Part shown: positions 32,630 through 43,649 of the stretch, one piece after another
Layout of the letters: the number at the start of each line of letters is the position of its first letter
Numbering within the stretch: position 1 is the first letter of the stretch
Assembly (NCBI GenBank): GCA_963706575.1
Contig: CAVPNL010000003.1
Span: 1-64,000, forward strand
Direction of reading: 5' to 3'
DNA length: 64,000 bases
DNA from: an uncultured delta proteobacterium
GTDB taxonomy: Bacteria > Desulfobacterota > Desulfobacteria > Desulfobacterales > JAHEIW01
The notes under the pieces: model-generated
What the model was told of the DNA's origin: nothing
Seen by the model: the letters and a program-made list of their open reading frames with translations, nothing else
Databases searched by the model: none
Made by a program: the position numbers and the translations under genes

Positions 32630-33997
32630 TTATTGGAAAATATCTAAGGTATTCCATTTTCCGGTTGGGCTGTAATGAGTTTGCCATTTTAGCAATGGCC
32701 TTAAAGCCCCCCCCATTTTTCCCGCGTAATCGCCACGTGCTGAATCACCATCCAAACTGTCGATGACTTGAAAAGAAACAACCTCAGGTTCATAAAAATA
32801 CCAGTAGTTTTGAGCTGTTGTTTTCATCGATGCAGTAACAAAAAGCATACCTTCTGATAATAAATTTCCAGGAATCCAGGCCTTGCTTTTATAACGGCCC
32901 TCCAAGCGCTTTTTCCCTCTCCATTCTGCATCCAAATCAACGGCCGAAAATACCCTTATACCTTCTTCATTGTGGAAATTAAAAAATGGCAGCATAAAAC
33001 AGTCAGGTTTTAGGACTTCATATTCCATTTCAATACCCACTGATCTGCGGATATCTACCGTATCAGCTATTTTGCCATTATCATCTAAAATCCTAACGGC
33101 ACGCAACCGCACCGCATCGTTGCCAGGTGAATTATCCTGTTCGTGCCATTCCCTTACAGCCATCGTGCCAGTCCCTGATTTCAGATAATCACGGACGACC
33201 TTGTCCGATGGGCCATCTGAAACAATTTGACCATTTTCCAAAAGAATAGTACGTTCACAGAGTCGGGATATCGCTGACATGTTGTGGGATACGAATAGAA
33301 CTGTGCGCCCCTGCTGACCCACAGTCTGCATTTTGTTGAGGCATTTTTTTTGAAATTCTGCGTCGCCAACGGCAAGTACCTCGTCTATGAGCAGAATTTC
33401 GGGTTCCAAATGGGCTGCGACGGCAAAAGCCAACCGAACCTTCATTCCATTAGAATATCTTTTCACCGGCGTATCGATAAATTTTTCAACACCAGAAAAA
33501 TCGACGATTTCATCAAATTTATAATCAATTTCCTTTTTCCGCATTCCCAATACGGTCCCGTTAAGATAAACATTTTCTCTGCCGGTTAATTCTGGATGAA
33601 AACCGGTACCGACCTCAATGAGGCTGGAGAGCCTCCCCCTAATTTCAATGTATCCTGTATTCGGAACAGTGATTTTTGAAAGAATTTTTAACAGGGTTGA
33701 CTTTCCTGCTCCATTCCTGCCAATTATTCCAAGGACCTCTCCTTTCTGCACTGAAAAAGAAATTCCTCTAAGAGCCCAAATGACGTCATTTGAATTCTTG
33801 AAAGAATTATTATAATTGCCGGATTCAAAATCGTCGAATTGGTAAAGGGAACGATATTTACGATAGTTTTTTACAGGTCTTTTAATAAAATCTAAAATAG
33901 CTCCGCCCACGCTATCATGAATGTCATCTTTCAGCCCAATACGGTATCGCTTAGTCAGCTTTTCTACTGTGATAACCATATTTTCATCAAGTCGCAT
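32630..33997 (-). CDS. wzt: Polysaccharide ABC transporter ATPase with C-terminal Wzt_C domain
   Basis: GRNGAGKST, GFHPELTGRENV, YSNGMKVRLAF and DEVLAVGD motifs, plus a C-terminal extension. Confidence 0.93.
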   Translation of the reverse strand: MRLDENMVITVEKLTKRYRIGLKDDIHDSVGGAILDFIKRPVKNYRKYRSLYQFDDFESGNYNNSFKNSNDVIWALRGISFSVQKGEVLGIIGRNGAGKSTLLKILSKITVPNTGYIEIRGRLSSLIEVGTGFHPELTGRENVYLNGTVLGMRKKEIDYKFDEIVDFSGVEKFIDTPVKRYSNGMKVRLAFAVAAHLEPEILLIDEVLAVGDAEFQKKCLNKMQTVGQQGRTVLFVSHNMSAISRLCERTILLENGQIVSDGPSDKVVRDYLKSGTGTMAVREWHEQDNSPGNDAVRLRAVRILDDNGKIADTVDIRRSVGIEMEYEVLKPDCFMLPFFNFHNEEGIRVFSAVDLDAEWRGKKRLEGRYKSKAWIPGNLLSEGMLFVTASMKTTAQNYWYFYEPEVVSFQVIDSLDGDSARGDYAGKMGGALRPLLKWQTHYSPTGKWNTLDIFQ

Positions 33998-34026
33998 TTT
34001 GCACTAATTTATCCAAATGGATTGTA

Positions 34027-34857
34027 TTATATTACATCTACAAAGACCCGTTCCATTTTCTTAAAATAGAACGCTCCGCCTATTAATATTATCAATGCGG
34101 TTAATATTCCCGGCCAGATAAAATGCCACGGCATTGGGTATCCCAATAAACATGCTCTAAAACCTTCTATCACACCCACGATCGGATTTAGAGAATAGTA
34201 GAAGCGAAAGGTTTCAGGTATGGATGATGCGGAATATACAATTGGTGCCGAATAAATTAACATCCGGATCAAAAAAGGCATCGCTAACTTAATATCTCGA
34301 AATCTTATGGCAAGCGCTGATAACCACATCCCAATACCGGCTGGAATTGAAATCATCAGAATGAGAAAAAGTGGAAAATAAAGTAGGTTGAAAGTTGGAT
34401 AAACGCGAAAATATATACCGACAAATAGAATAAGGAGAAGTGAGATACCGAAATCAACCAGTTTGCTTAAAACGGGAGTGATAGGAAATATTAGACGAGG
34501 AAAATAAATTTTCCCAAGCATATGTTGTCCTTGAATTAAGCTTTGACTAGAATTAGTCATAGCTTGCGATATGTAGGTCCATGGAATTATTGCCACAGTT
34601 GAAAATAGAACATAAGGAATTCCATCCGTAGATACATTGGCTACTTTCCCAAAAATAACAGTAAAAATAACAATTTGAACTAACGGCTGTAAAATGGCCC
34701 AAGAAAAACCGAGTATTGTCTGAGCATAAAGCACTTTTATATCTCGCCATACTAGAAAAAAGAATAAATCCCGGTAGTTCCAAAACTCACTTAAATTAAC
34801 CAATTGCCAGCCGCTGATTGGCTCGATAACTGTAATCGTGCTATCTTTTAATTCCAT
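34027..34857 (-). CDS. wzm: Polysaccharide ABC transporter permease
   Basis: RDIKVLYAQTILGFSWAILQP, KIYFPR and LNPIVGVIEGFR motifs. Confidence 0.93.
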   Translation of the reverse strand: MELKDSTITVIEPISGWQLVNLSEFWNYRDLFFFLVWRDIKVLYAQTILGFSWAILQPLVQIVIFTVIFGKVANVSTDGIPYVLFSTVAIIPWTYISQAMTNSSQSLIQGQHMLGKIYFPRLIFPITPVLSKLVDFGISLLLILFVGIYFRVYPTFNLLYFPLFLILMISIPAGIGMWLSALAIRFRDIKLAMPFLIRMLIYSAPIVYSASSIPETFRFYYSLNPIVGVIEGFRACLLGYPMPWHFIWPGILTALIILIGGAFYFKKMERVFVDVI

Positions 34858-34996
34858 TTTAGCATTATAAATTTTAAATGTATGAGTGTTTAAATAATAT
34901 AGTAGATTTTGATATTTATTAGATAATAATTTTAATATTTGTATATGCCAACTTTGTTATGCATCTATTGCCAAATAAAACAATAATCGCTTGTTA

Positions 34997-35021
34997 ACTT
35001 TACTTTACTTTACTTTACTTT
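34997..35021. repeat. (ACTTT)5 microsatellite
   Basis: Five perfect pentamer copies, abutting the kinase stop codon. Confidence 0.9.
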
Positions 35022-36024
35022 AGTAATTTTGCTCGTTTGAAAAGTTTTCATAATTTTTGAATACGTCTATTGACTTAATTATTACATTTAGAGTTTTTTC
35101 ATTCAATTCCCTTTCTAACAACAGGGCAATTCGTTCAATATAATATATCCAACGGTAGCGTTTAAATAGTGGTAAAAAGGTTTCAGCAATTTTATGATTT
35201 TTTAATGCAATCCGCGTTTGTAATGCCAGGGCGGCATCCTTAATTTTCGGTATAAAACTAAAGGACATTCTATTATAATAAAGCTCTGTAAGAAAATAAT
35301 TGTAAAAATCATGTAACGCACTTCTTTTGCCGGCATCCGCCCAATCAATGACTCTTACTCCATTTGTCGTTTTTAAAATATTAACCAACGAAAAATCTCC
35401 ATGCGTAAAAACCAATGGAATTTTCGATTTTTCCGAATTAAGCTTATTTAGTAAAGATAGAATAAATTCCTCAATTTTAGTTTCAGTTATTTTTTTTTTA
35501 TGAAAAATTAAATTTCTACGCGTATCAATAATTTTTACTAAATCAGATAAATACTCCTTAATTTCGATATAGACGGGTTCAGTCACCAAAATTATGTTTT
35601 GCAAGCACCAAACAATCTCTTCGTGATAGAGTTCTTGGAATAAAGGTTGTTCCGAATCCGGGTAAAAAAAACAGGGGCTGCCAATTATATAGTCTTCCTC
35701 ATACCATCGTTCCTGAATATTCCAATTTCTGAGTTTAGGAGTAAAATCAAATTTGTTGGCTTTTTTAACGGCTTCAATTTCTTTTTTAACACTCTTATCG
35801 TCAACTTCTTGAGAAATAGTTTTGATAACGACTTTTTTATCGAAATCAAAAATTCTCAGCCCTCTGTGAACAATTAAACATACATTGCTGTTGAATGGAA
35901 GCTCTAAAATACTTGACGACTTAGGCAAATAAATTTGATACTGGATCAATTTTTTGAGTGTTGCTATAACATTTGCTGCAGAAATATTTCTATGCAGCTC
36001 GAGTGACTTCTTATACAAAAACAA
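35020..36024 (-). CDS. APH-family phosphotransferase domain (probably the C-terminal part of a fusion starting at 37125)
   Basis: VIKT, THGDFSLVN and VIDW motifs. It has only a TTG start, overlapping the upstream ORF. Confidence 0.75.
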   Translation of the reverse strand: MFLYKKSLELHRNISAANVIATLKKLIQYQIYLPKSSSILELPFNSNVCLIVHRGLRIFDFDKKVVIKTISQEVDDKSVKKEIEAVKKANKFDFTPKLRNWNIQERWYEEDYIIGSPCFFYPDSEQPLFQELYHEEIVWCLQNIILVTEPVYIEIKEYLSDLVKIIDTRRNLIFHKKKITETKIEEFILSLLNKLNSEKSKIPLVFTHGDFSLVNILKTTNGVRVIDWADAGKRSALHDFYNYFLTELYYNRMSFSFIPKIKDAALALQTRIALKNHKIAETFLPLFKRYRWIYYIERIALLLERELNEKTLNVIIKSIDVFKNYENFSNEQNY

Positions 36025-37125
36025 ATAACGGGCAAGAACAAAAAGGATTCTGATTTAAGCGAAAGTAGGCCCTGTTAATTTTCACAAATTTATGATTTGA
36101 TTGGATATTTTCAATTGAATTAAACAATTTTAATTTATCAATTTTTTTGATATTGGTTTTTTTATCTGTATTCCATTTGCTGACAAAATTCTTAATTTCT
36201 TTTTCAGTGTAAAAATGTTTGATAAATTTTGAATTATAAAATTTATTAAGATAATTTTCGGGGAAGTCGATTTGTTGCTTAAATCTGGCATATAACGGCA
36301 CTATATAATTTATCCGAACCAACGTTTTCATGTATTAGTTTGAAGTTATCGATATTTAAAAATTTTTTGAATGCCTCACTTGGCACACCTGTTAAGATCC
36401 TCCAACCGTATCAACAACACATCCGCTATTTTATCGTTAATTATTTGGTAGCCACTTGATTTTGGGAAATCACGGTCGTAGACATCAACTCCAAAAACAG
36501 CCTTAAGCTCCTGATCGAAAAATTCAAGCGGCGTATCATGGCGAAGTTTCGCAAAAAAAAGTTCTACAAGTACATGAACATCATCCAACTTCACAGTTAT
36601 CGGAGAAATGCCATAATAATCTGATTCTATTACAAATGTGTCGTTGTTTTGAATGGGTCGCAATTGAAGATTTTCAAAAAAAGTTGAAACGTTACGGGCA
36701 ATTGGATCCCGGGTTAAGGTGATAATATTCCATTTCTTGTTACTCAACCCTCTGTCTATCTGATTGCGGAGGAATTGGTTGAGCCAGGGGCGCCTCAAAT
36801 AAGGTTCTCGTTGAGTTCGGAAATATTTTTGGCGTTGCTTTTCAGTCTCTGCAATTCGCGCTTCGGTTAATAAATGGGAATGGTAAAGCGGCATGTCTAG
36901 ATTAAGGACTTCCAGGCTCTTTTTTACGGATTTCGAGCCTACCTTCCCCATTTGATAAATGATCAGCGGTGACCCCGAAGATTGCTTTAGTTCTCTGCCC
37001 TTCTCATACATGTAATAAAATTTTGCAAAGCGGTAATTTTTGCGGGCCAGTCCTAAAGGTATTTGCAAACTTCTTTTTATAAGTTTGTTAAAAAACTTCA
37101 GCACGCTAATCATTAAATCTATCAT
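36011..37125 (-). CDS. Sulfotransferase-like capsular polysaccharide synthesis protein (NKWYS-type; frameshifted)
   Basis: YQMGKVGS, TLTRDPIARNVS and IRLEDL motifs. The family-typical tail LYARFKQQI.FP..YL...YNSK...HFY is in ORF 36011..36331. Confidence 0.75.
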
Positions 37126-37185
37126 TCATTTTTATGATGATACAGCATCTGTGTGAATACAGAATAATTTTTACCAAAATTTCAT

Positions 37186-39778
37186 TTAGGGCAATACATC
37201 TAACGCATCGATGGCAACAAGGTTTCCCTTTGATTCGGAATTTTTTCTTCCGCTGACCTCTATCATAACAGTATGCGGCGATGGAGATAACCCATCAATT
37301 CGATATAGGGGTAACATTGTCAATCTATCCCGACTGTACTGATCCACGTCAGCGATGAATTCACCATCAATAAAAATCTTGCTGATTCCCAGATCCGGTG
37401 CTTTTGGCCCGATCAAAACAATACTCCTTCCGATAAAACTAAGACTGGCCTTGTCTGAGATCGTATCCGATATACTTACAGTTGAGGCGCTATAATCATC
37501 ACTTTTAACAATTTTCCAGTTACCCTGGTATTGAAAAATCTCTCTATTGTTTTCATATCTGAAAGGCCTATTATTTAGCATTTTCCAATTATTTCCATTG
37601 GTATTCGAAATAAACAAGCTTTCTTCAGACGCAATCAAAATGATTTTATCTTTTTTATAATTATTTGAAAATTCAATCCATCGTATTTCTTGCTGATGAA
37701 TTATTGAGTCCGGTGCGATCTTCTTGAAACTATTGCCTGCATCCATGCTTCGAAACACGCCTTTACCCCTAATGCTGATGATTATGGTGCGATCTTTTGC
37801 AAAATTTGGAGAAATCGCCAAGCCCATTATATAGCCATTTCCACCAGAGCCGCATACATCTAATTCTGTCCAATATTCGCCACCATTCGTGCTTTTATAT
37901 AATCCTTCAGAGCTCCCTGCAAATAGTGTTTTGTCGATTTTAAATCCAGGGGATATATCGATAAACGTATCATTTATTCTAGTCGCTGAATATTTTGGAT
38001 AATCTTGCCATTTTAAAATATAATTCAGACCATAGTTGCTGGGGATCCAGATGTCACCACCATCAATGGTCTTGTAAATGCCCTTTCCGCGGATGCTGCA
38101 AAACAATGTTTTATCGGACTGATAATTAGGTGAAATGGCTAAGGAAGTAATGGTGCGATTTTCTTTTCCTTTCCAAAGTGATCTGAACTTTTTGCCTCTA
38201 TCATTGGACACATAAAGTCCATCTGACCTTGTACCGAAGAATAAAATTCCATCGTTAGAGTAACTGGGAGATAGCTTGATTACAGTGGGATATGGTCTTG
38301 ACCGATAAGAGTCGCTAGATAGTTTTGTCCGGATGAAGTTCCCAAATCTTTTTAGCATTTTGGATTCATGTGTTTTTTTTTGGATATAATGATCTATACT
38401 TTCCTTCCAGCTTTTGGTTACAATTTGATTCAGGTTCCAATTTTTACCTTGATCTGTCGACGCAATAATACAATTTTTATAAGCAGCGAACGTCGTATTG
38501 TCGGAGGCAAAATCAGGTGAAAAAGTAATATCAGTCAATCGGGTTTTCCTTAATCCTTTATTCCTTGTATTCCATGTATTGCCTTGATCTTCTGAAAAAT
38601 ATATACCGCCTCCATATGTAATAACTCCGATAGATATTTTATTTTTGCGGTTGGAGTTTATGGAAATCCCTTTTATCGCTTTCAGCGGGAAGGTTTCCAG
38701 CTGAATCCAGCTCTTACCATTATTGGAACTTTTAAATAAACCGTCAAAGCCTCCTAAAAATAGGGATTTATCTTTGCTAAAATTATTTGATAGTCTTATA
38801 TCTCTAAAGTGTGGGGATTTATAGTAGCTCGAATCAGCTTGACTATCTGAAGAAAGTCCATTTTCAATTTTATGCCAATCTGTCCCGCCATTTTTAGTAT
38901 AGAAAACAGCTTCGTACCAGGTAGATGCGAAAACTGTATTATTTTGTTTCGGGTCATTGGAAATCGCCAGACTTCTAATATTGGCGTCGATCGGGAGTCC
39001 ACTGATTTGTTGATACAAATTGGTTGCCCCCGTCGGTGGATTTAAAAACTCCATTTTTCTCAGTTCCGATGTACACTGTTCCATTAATGGAATAGTTGGG
39101 AGAAAAAGCGATAGAATTTATCGCACCCCATTTTAAATCGTGTTGGAGAAGGCGCCAGGTATCACCCAAATCTTTTGAAACATATAGATAGCCAGTGGAA
39201 CTGCCTGCCATGATCAAATGGCTTTCGTTGTTGTGATATACAGCAATTGCCGAAATCAAAATTTCCCCCAGAACTTTTCTCCAATTCTTCCCATTATTTG
39301 AAGTTCTGTATACCCCCCCCTTGCTGCTTGCAGCCAATACAAATTCATCGCCTTCGGAATGAAAGATTGACAATAGATTAATATTTAGATTTTCAAAACC
39401 ACGGTTAGCTTTATTCCATGAAACGCCACCATCTTCTGAGCGGTAAACACCGTCGCCATCCGAAGATATATAAAGTGTCTTGTTTTTTTCATATAAAGGC
39501 GAGATGGCAATTGATGAAAACGGATATCTATTGTCCAATCCGTTAACCAATTTTTCCCAACTATGACCTCCATCGGTAGATTTTTTTAAAAGGTCGAGCA
39601 TGGAAATGAAAATCGTTTGGTCTTTTGAAAAAACAGGTGATATTTCAACTACTTCGATAACGTCATGGGGAGAATGTGCTTCGCTATTTTCAGAATTGAA
39701 CAAGAATGTTCCGAATAACAGGATGGACAAGATAATTGGGAAGTAATGACTTTTTAACTTATTTATTAAATTTTCCAT
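37186..39778 (-). CDS. Secreted BNR/Asp-box beta-propeller protein (YCF48/VPS10/GH74-like) with C-terminal beta-sandwich (frameshift near 39045)
   Basis: Signal peptide ending AEA, and many S-x-D-G-G-x-x-W repeats alternating with ISPxF/Y motifs. Confidence 0.85.
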
Positions 39779-39894
39779 TTATAGCGGTCGGCATATCAAC
39801 CTATCGGTATCACCAGCAATAGATTATCGGACAGATTTTGTCTCCGGCAAGCGATTGATATTTCGTGATTCACAATCCAATCGATAAATAAACG

Positions 39895-41182
39895 TTATTC
39901 ACAGAAAAACGCATTATTTTGTGCCTCGCGCAGTTTGTCGCAAAGACGAGCTGCCGGCAACTCCACGTCCGTATATTTAATGGCTTGATCTTTGTTTATT
40001 TTGTGCTTGAGAATGCACCCTTGAGACAACCCTATTGGCAGGAGATTTTCCTTATAGCTTACCTCTGCGTTTTCTAAGAGCCCATAGACACAAAACCCTC
40101 CCAGACAGTCAATCTTGTCACCGGCTTGAAGGGTCTTTTTTGCAACAGCGATGACATCACAAACAGGGCCGGCAGCGGGGGAGATTACCGCATCTTGAAA
40201 AAGCACCGCACGGGCAACAGATAAGGGCACTTCAAGATGGCAAATGTGATACGGTGTGTAGAATACATATAAAGGTCCATCCCCCATTTTATAATAATTC
40301 AAATACTGTCTTTGAATCGGGTGCTCATTAAAGCCTAAGACAAAAACACCCCCGGGGGGATTTGAGCAAAGTATATAATCGACCAAGCCAGTATCAATCA
40401 TTTGGTCAATTGGAAATAAATTGGCAGCCTCGCTTACATGATTGCAGCGGGGACCATACATGCCACGCTTACCTACTCTAAAGCCTGTGGCATTTGCGAC
40501 GACAGCCATCTCCATCGATATTTTTGTGCCATCAGCAAAAGAAGTCACCATAGAAGGCTTTTGCATATATTTTTCGGCATATGATTTCTGGGTTTCCGGA
40601 GTCCGATAGAAATCCTGAAGTCCTTTCATATTCCCCGCTAAAACTGGCTTGCATCCGATGCCTTTAACATATCGATACAGATTCATAATTACACCGGGTT
40701 GATCCCCGTCAGAGTTGGTAATAATCACCCCAGCACGGTCGGCATACGTTTTTAGAATCGGTCCGACGGTTGCGTCGAGTTCGGCATTCATCAAAACCAC
40801 ATGTTTTTTATTTTCAATCGCTTTTAATACGATATGAGCGCCAAATTCAATCGTACCAGTCACTTCAACAATGGCATCGATCCCCTGTGCTTCGCAAAGC
40901 AATAATGCGTTATCCGTAATCGTATATTGACTTTGGCCAATCGCTTCCTCAAGCTGTTCAACAGTTTCGACAGTTACCACGTTGTCAATATTTGCACTGC
41001 CCAAATGCCCTTTTGGCCTCTGATATGTTACGGTTAGATATCGCAACTAATCTCATCCCCTTGGTAAAATTGATGATTTGAAGTGCAATTCCGCGGCCCA
41101 TGTAACCGGCACCAACCAGCGCTACGCGGATGGGTTTTTTTTCGTTATGTAATTCTTCCAAGGCCTTATCTATGATAATCAC
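39895..41182 (-). CDS. NAD(P)-dependent oxidoreductase with C-terminal SAF domain (homoserine-dehydrogenase-like; frameshift near 41000)
   Basis: VGAGYMG, NAELDATVGP, GDQPG, SFADGTK and AVAKKTL.AG motifs. Confidence 0.88.
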
Positions 41183-41213
41183 CGGGTTACCCTCAATTCG
41201 CTCTGATCAGAAT

Positions 41214-41747
41214 TTAAGATTTGAAATCCGGCCACTTTTTATCTTTCTCGGAGATAATTGGATTTGCAATTCTTGGCCATTTGATATTAATTAAAGGATC
41301 GTTCCAACGAATTCCGCATTCGGATCCGGGGGAATAGAACTGGGAGACTTGGTAGAATACTTCCGTATTATCCGCAAGAGTGAGATAGCCATGTGCGAAA
41401 TTCTCCGGGACGTAAAGCATCTTGCGGTTCTCCGAGCTGAGCTCAAAACTCAACCATTGTAAATATGTTGAAGATTCTTGACGCAAATCTACAATGACAT
41501 CATATATTTTCCCTCTGGTACAACGAATAATTTTAGCCTCTGCGTAAGGCGCAATTTGGTAGTGTATCCCTCTCAGGGTGCCTTTGGTGGCGTTAAATGA
41601 AAGATTACACTGGACGAAATTCTGGTTTAGACCGTGGTCTTGAAATTCTTTTTGACACCAGGCTCGCGAAAAGAACCCCCGGTCATCTATAATTTTCTCA
41701 AGTTCAATTATAAAAGAACCTTTTAGGCGGGTTTCTTTAAAAATCAT
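41214..41747 (-). CDS. rfbC: NDP-4-dehydro-6-deoxyglucose 3,5-epimerase
   Basis: DDRGFFSR, GTLRGIHYQ, FAHGY, RWNDP and ISEKD motifs. Confidence 0.93.
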   Translation of the reverse strand: MIFKETRLKGSFIIELEKIIDDRGFFSRAWCQKEFQDHGLNQNFVQCNLSFNATKGTLRGIHYQIAPYAEAKIIRCTRGKIYDVIVDLRQESSTYLQWLSFELSSENRKMLYVPENFAHGYLTLADNTEVFYQVSQFYSPGSECGIRWNDPLINIKWPRIANPIISEKDKKWPDFKS

Positions 41748-41764
41748 GGCAATGTTTCTTTATC

Positions 41765-42847
41765 TCAAGTCGGCTTTTCATTTTGCGCTTCAAAACGTGC
41801 TATCTGTCCAAAAGTTATTTCACGCATGTCTTTACCTTCGGCATACGCTTTAAACCATCTCACAATCCATTCCAGTGTCGTTTCAAGCTTTAGTTTTGGT
41901 TCCCAATTAAGAAGCGTTCTGGCTTTTGAGCAGTCCAGCTTTAGAAGTGTGTCTTCATGCACAATTTGATTCTGTTCATTTATCCATCGAGCATTTTGAC
42001 CCCATTTATCAATTAAATAGTCTGCTATCCACCAGACGGGCTTGGCATCTTCTTCCCGGGGGCCGAAATTCCAGGCTCCCTCAAATTTTTCCCCGTATTC
42101 CCACAGGTGCTCAGCTAATGATAGATAACCGCTAAGCGGCACAAGAACATGCTGCCAGGGGCGAATCGCGTTTGGATACCGAATTGTTGTCGGTCGGTTC
42201 TCCAACAGTCCCCTGACGATATCAGGAACCAGTCTATCTGCCGCCCAATCGCCACCTCCAATTACGTTGCCTGCCCTGGTAGATGCCACAGATACAGGCT
42301 GCTCCCGGTCTTTGATTCCTGAAAAGTATGATTCTCGATAGGCAGATGTAACCAATTCAGCACACCCCTTGCTACTAGAATATGGATCCCGACCTCCGAG
42401 CGTATCCTGCTCTCTGTAACCCCATAACCACTCTTTGTTTTCATAGCATTTATCGCTGGTAATAACTAACAAAACCCTGACACATTTGGCCAATCTGACA
42501 GCTTCAAGAATATTTACCGTGCCCATCACATTTGTGGAATAAGTCTCAATGGGATTTTTGTAAGACATACGGACGATCGGTTGAGCCGCCATATGGATAA
42601 TAATCTCCGGATTATATTTTGCCACTGTTGAACTAAAATGATCTAAATCGCGAATATCCCCCTCGATTGATCTCATATTCTCTGCAACACGGGCAATTTC
42701 AAATAAACTGGGCTCAGTTGGCGGAGGCAAGGAATATCCAATTGCGTTGGCACCTTTGCTTTGCAGCCATAGTGACAGCCAACTGCCCTTAAAGCCTGTA
42801 TGCCCAGTAATGAGTACAGTTTTTTGCTTCCAGAAATTGGCTTCCAT
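41765..42847 (-). CDS. rfbG: CDP-glucose 4,6-dehydratase
   Basis: TGHTGFKGSW, TSDKCY, DPYSSSK and RAGNVIGGGD motifs. The likely ATG overlaps the rfbF stop (TAATG). Confidence 0.95.
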   Translation of the reverse strand: MEANFWKQKTVLITGHTGFKGSWLSLWLQSKGANAIGYSLPPPTEPSLFEIARVAENMRSIEGDIRDLDHFSSTVAKYNPEIIIHMAAQPIVRMSYKNPIETYSTNVMGTVNILEAVRLAKCVRVLLVITSDKCYENKEWLWGYREQDTLGGRDPYSSSKGCAELVTSAYRESYFSGIKDREQPVSVASTRAGNVIGGGDWAADRLVPDIVRGLLENRPTTIRYPNAIRPWQHVLVPLSGYLSLAEHLWEYGEKFEGAWNFGPREEDAKPVWWIADYLIDKWGQNARWINEQNQIVHEDTLLKLDCSKARTLLNWEPKLKLETTLEWIVRWFKAYAEGKDMREITFGQIARFEAQNEKPT

Positions 42848-43620
42848 TACCATATTTTCCATGGAGGGTTATCACTCTGCCATAATTGTTCCAGCACATT
42901 CTTGTCTCTTAGCGTGTCCATGTTCTGCCAGTATCCGTCATGGCGATAGGCGGCAAGCAGATTATTGCGCGCCAGCTGTACCAATGGTTCCTGCTCCCAT
43001 ACGGTTGAATCATCACTGATATAGTTAATGGCTTCAGGTTCTACTACAAAAAAACCACCATTTATCCAGGCGCTGCCCCCCTTAGGCTTTTCTCTGAATC
43101 TGGAGATCAGAATTTGGTCATCTTCTAAATTAAAAACGCCAAACCTTCCAGGCGGCTGCACTGCCGTTAAGGTGACCATCGCCTTTTGGTTCTTGTGAAA
43201 CGCCACCAGTTTTTTGATGTCCAAATCCGTTACACCGTCCCCGTAGGTCAGGCAAAAGGTGTCATTGCCGATATAGTCTTTAATTCGTTTAATGCGTCCG
43301 CCGGTCATGGTTTTTTCTCCGGTGTCGACAAGCGTCACGCGCCAGGGTTCTGTCTCGTTTTGGTGAATCTGCATATCGTTGTGGCGCAAATCAAACGTAA
43401 TATTGGACATATGAAGTGAATAGGTTGCAAAATACTCTTTGATCACGTAACCCTTATAACCCAGACAGATGATAAAATCATCAATACCGGCAGCAGAATA
43501 GATCTTCATAATGTGCCATAGAATCGGTTTGTCGCCAATCGCCACCATGGGTTTGGGTTTGATGCCGGTTTCCTCCGAGATGCGCGTTCCGAACCCTCCG
43601 GCTAAAATAACTGCTTTCAT
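42847..43620 (-). CDS. rfbF: Glucose-1-phosphate cytidylyltransferase
   Basis: LAGGFGTRISEET, PKPM, TYGDG and WQNMDTLRDK motifs. Confidence 0.96.
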   Translation of the reverse strand: MKAVILAGGFGTRISEETGIKPKPMVAIGDKPILWHIMKIYSAAGIDDFIICLGYKGYVIKEYFATYSLHMSNITFDLRHNDMQIHQNETEPWRVTLVDTGEKTMTGGRIKRIKDYIGNDTFCLTYGDGVTDLDIKKLVAFHKNQKAMVTLTAVQPPGRFGVFNLEDDQILISRFREKPKGGSAWINGGFFVVEPEAINYISDDSTVWEQEPLVQLARNNLLAAYRHDGYWQNMDTLRDKNVLEQLWQSDNPPWKIW

Positions 43621-43649
43621 ATTAAATCTTCTCCTTAGAAAACGATGCT

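Noticed and set aside
33444..33458. Wzt signature YSNGM instead of YSSGM
   Set aside because: A single substitution with Walker A and B intact is not enough to claim altered function.
34940..34975. TGGCA motifs upstream of wzm as a sigma-54 promoter
   Set aside because: The GG-to-GC spacing is 8 for one and there is no GC for the other; 10 is required.
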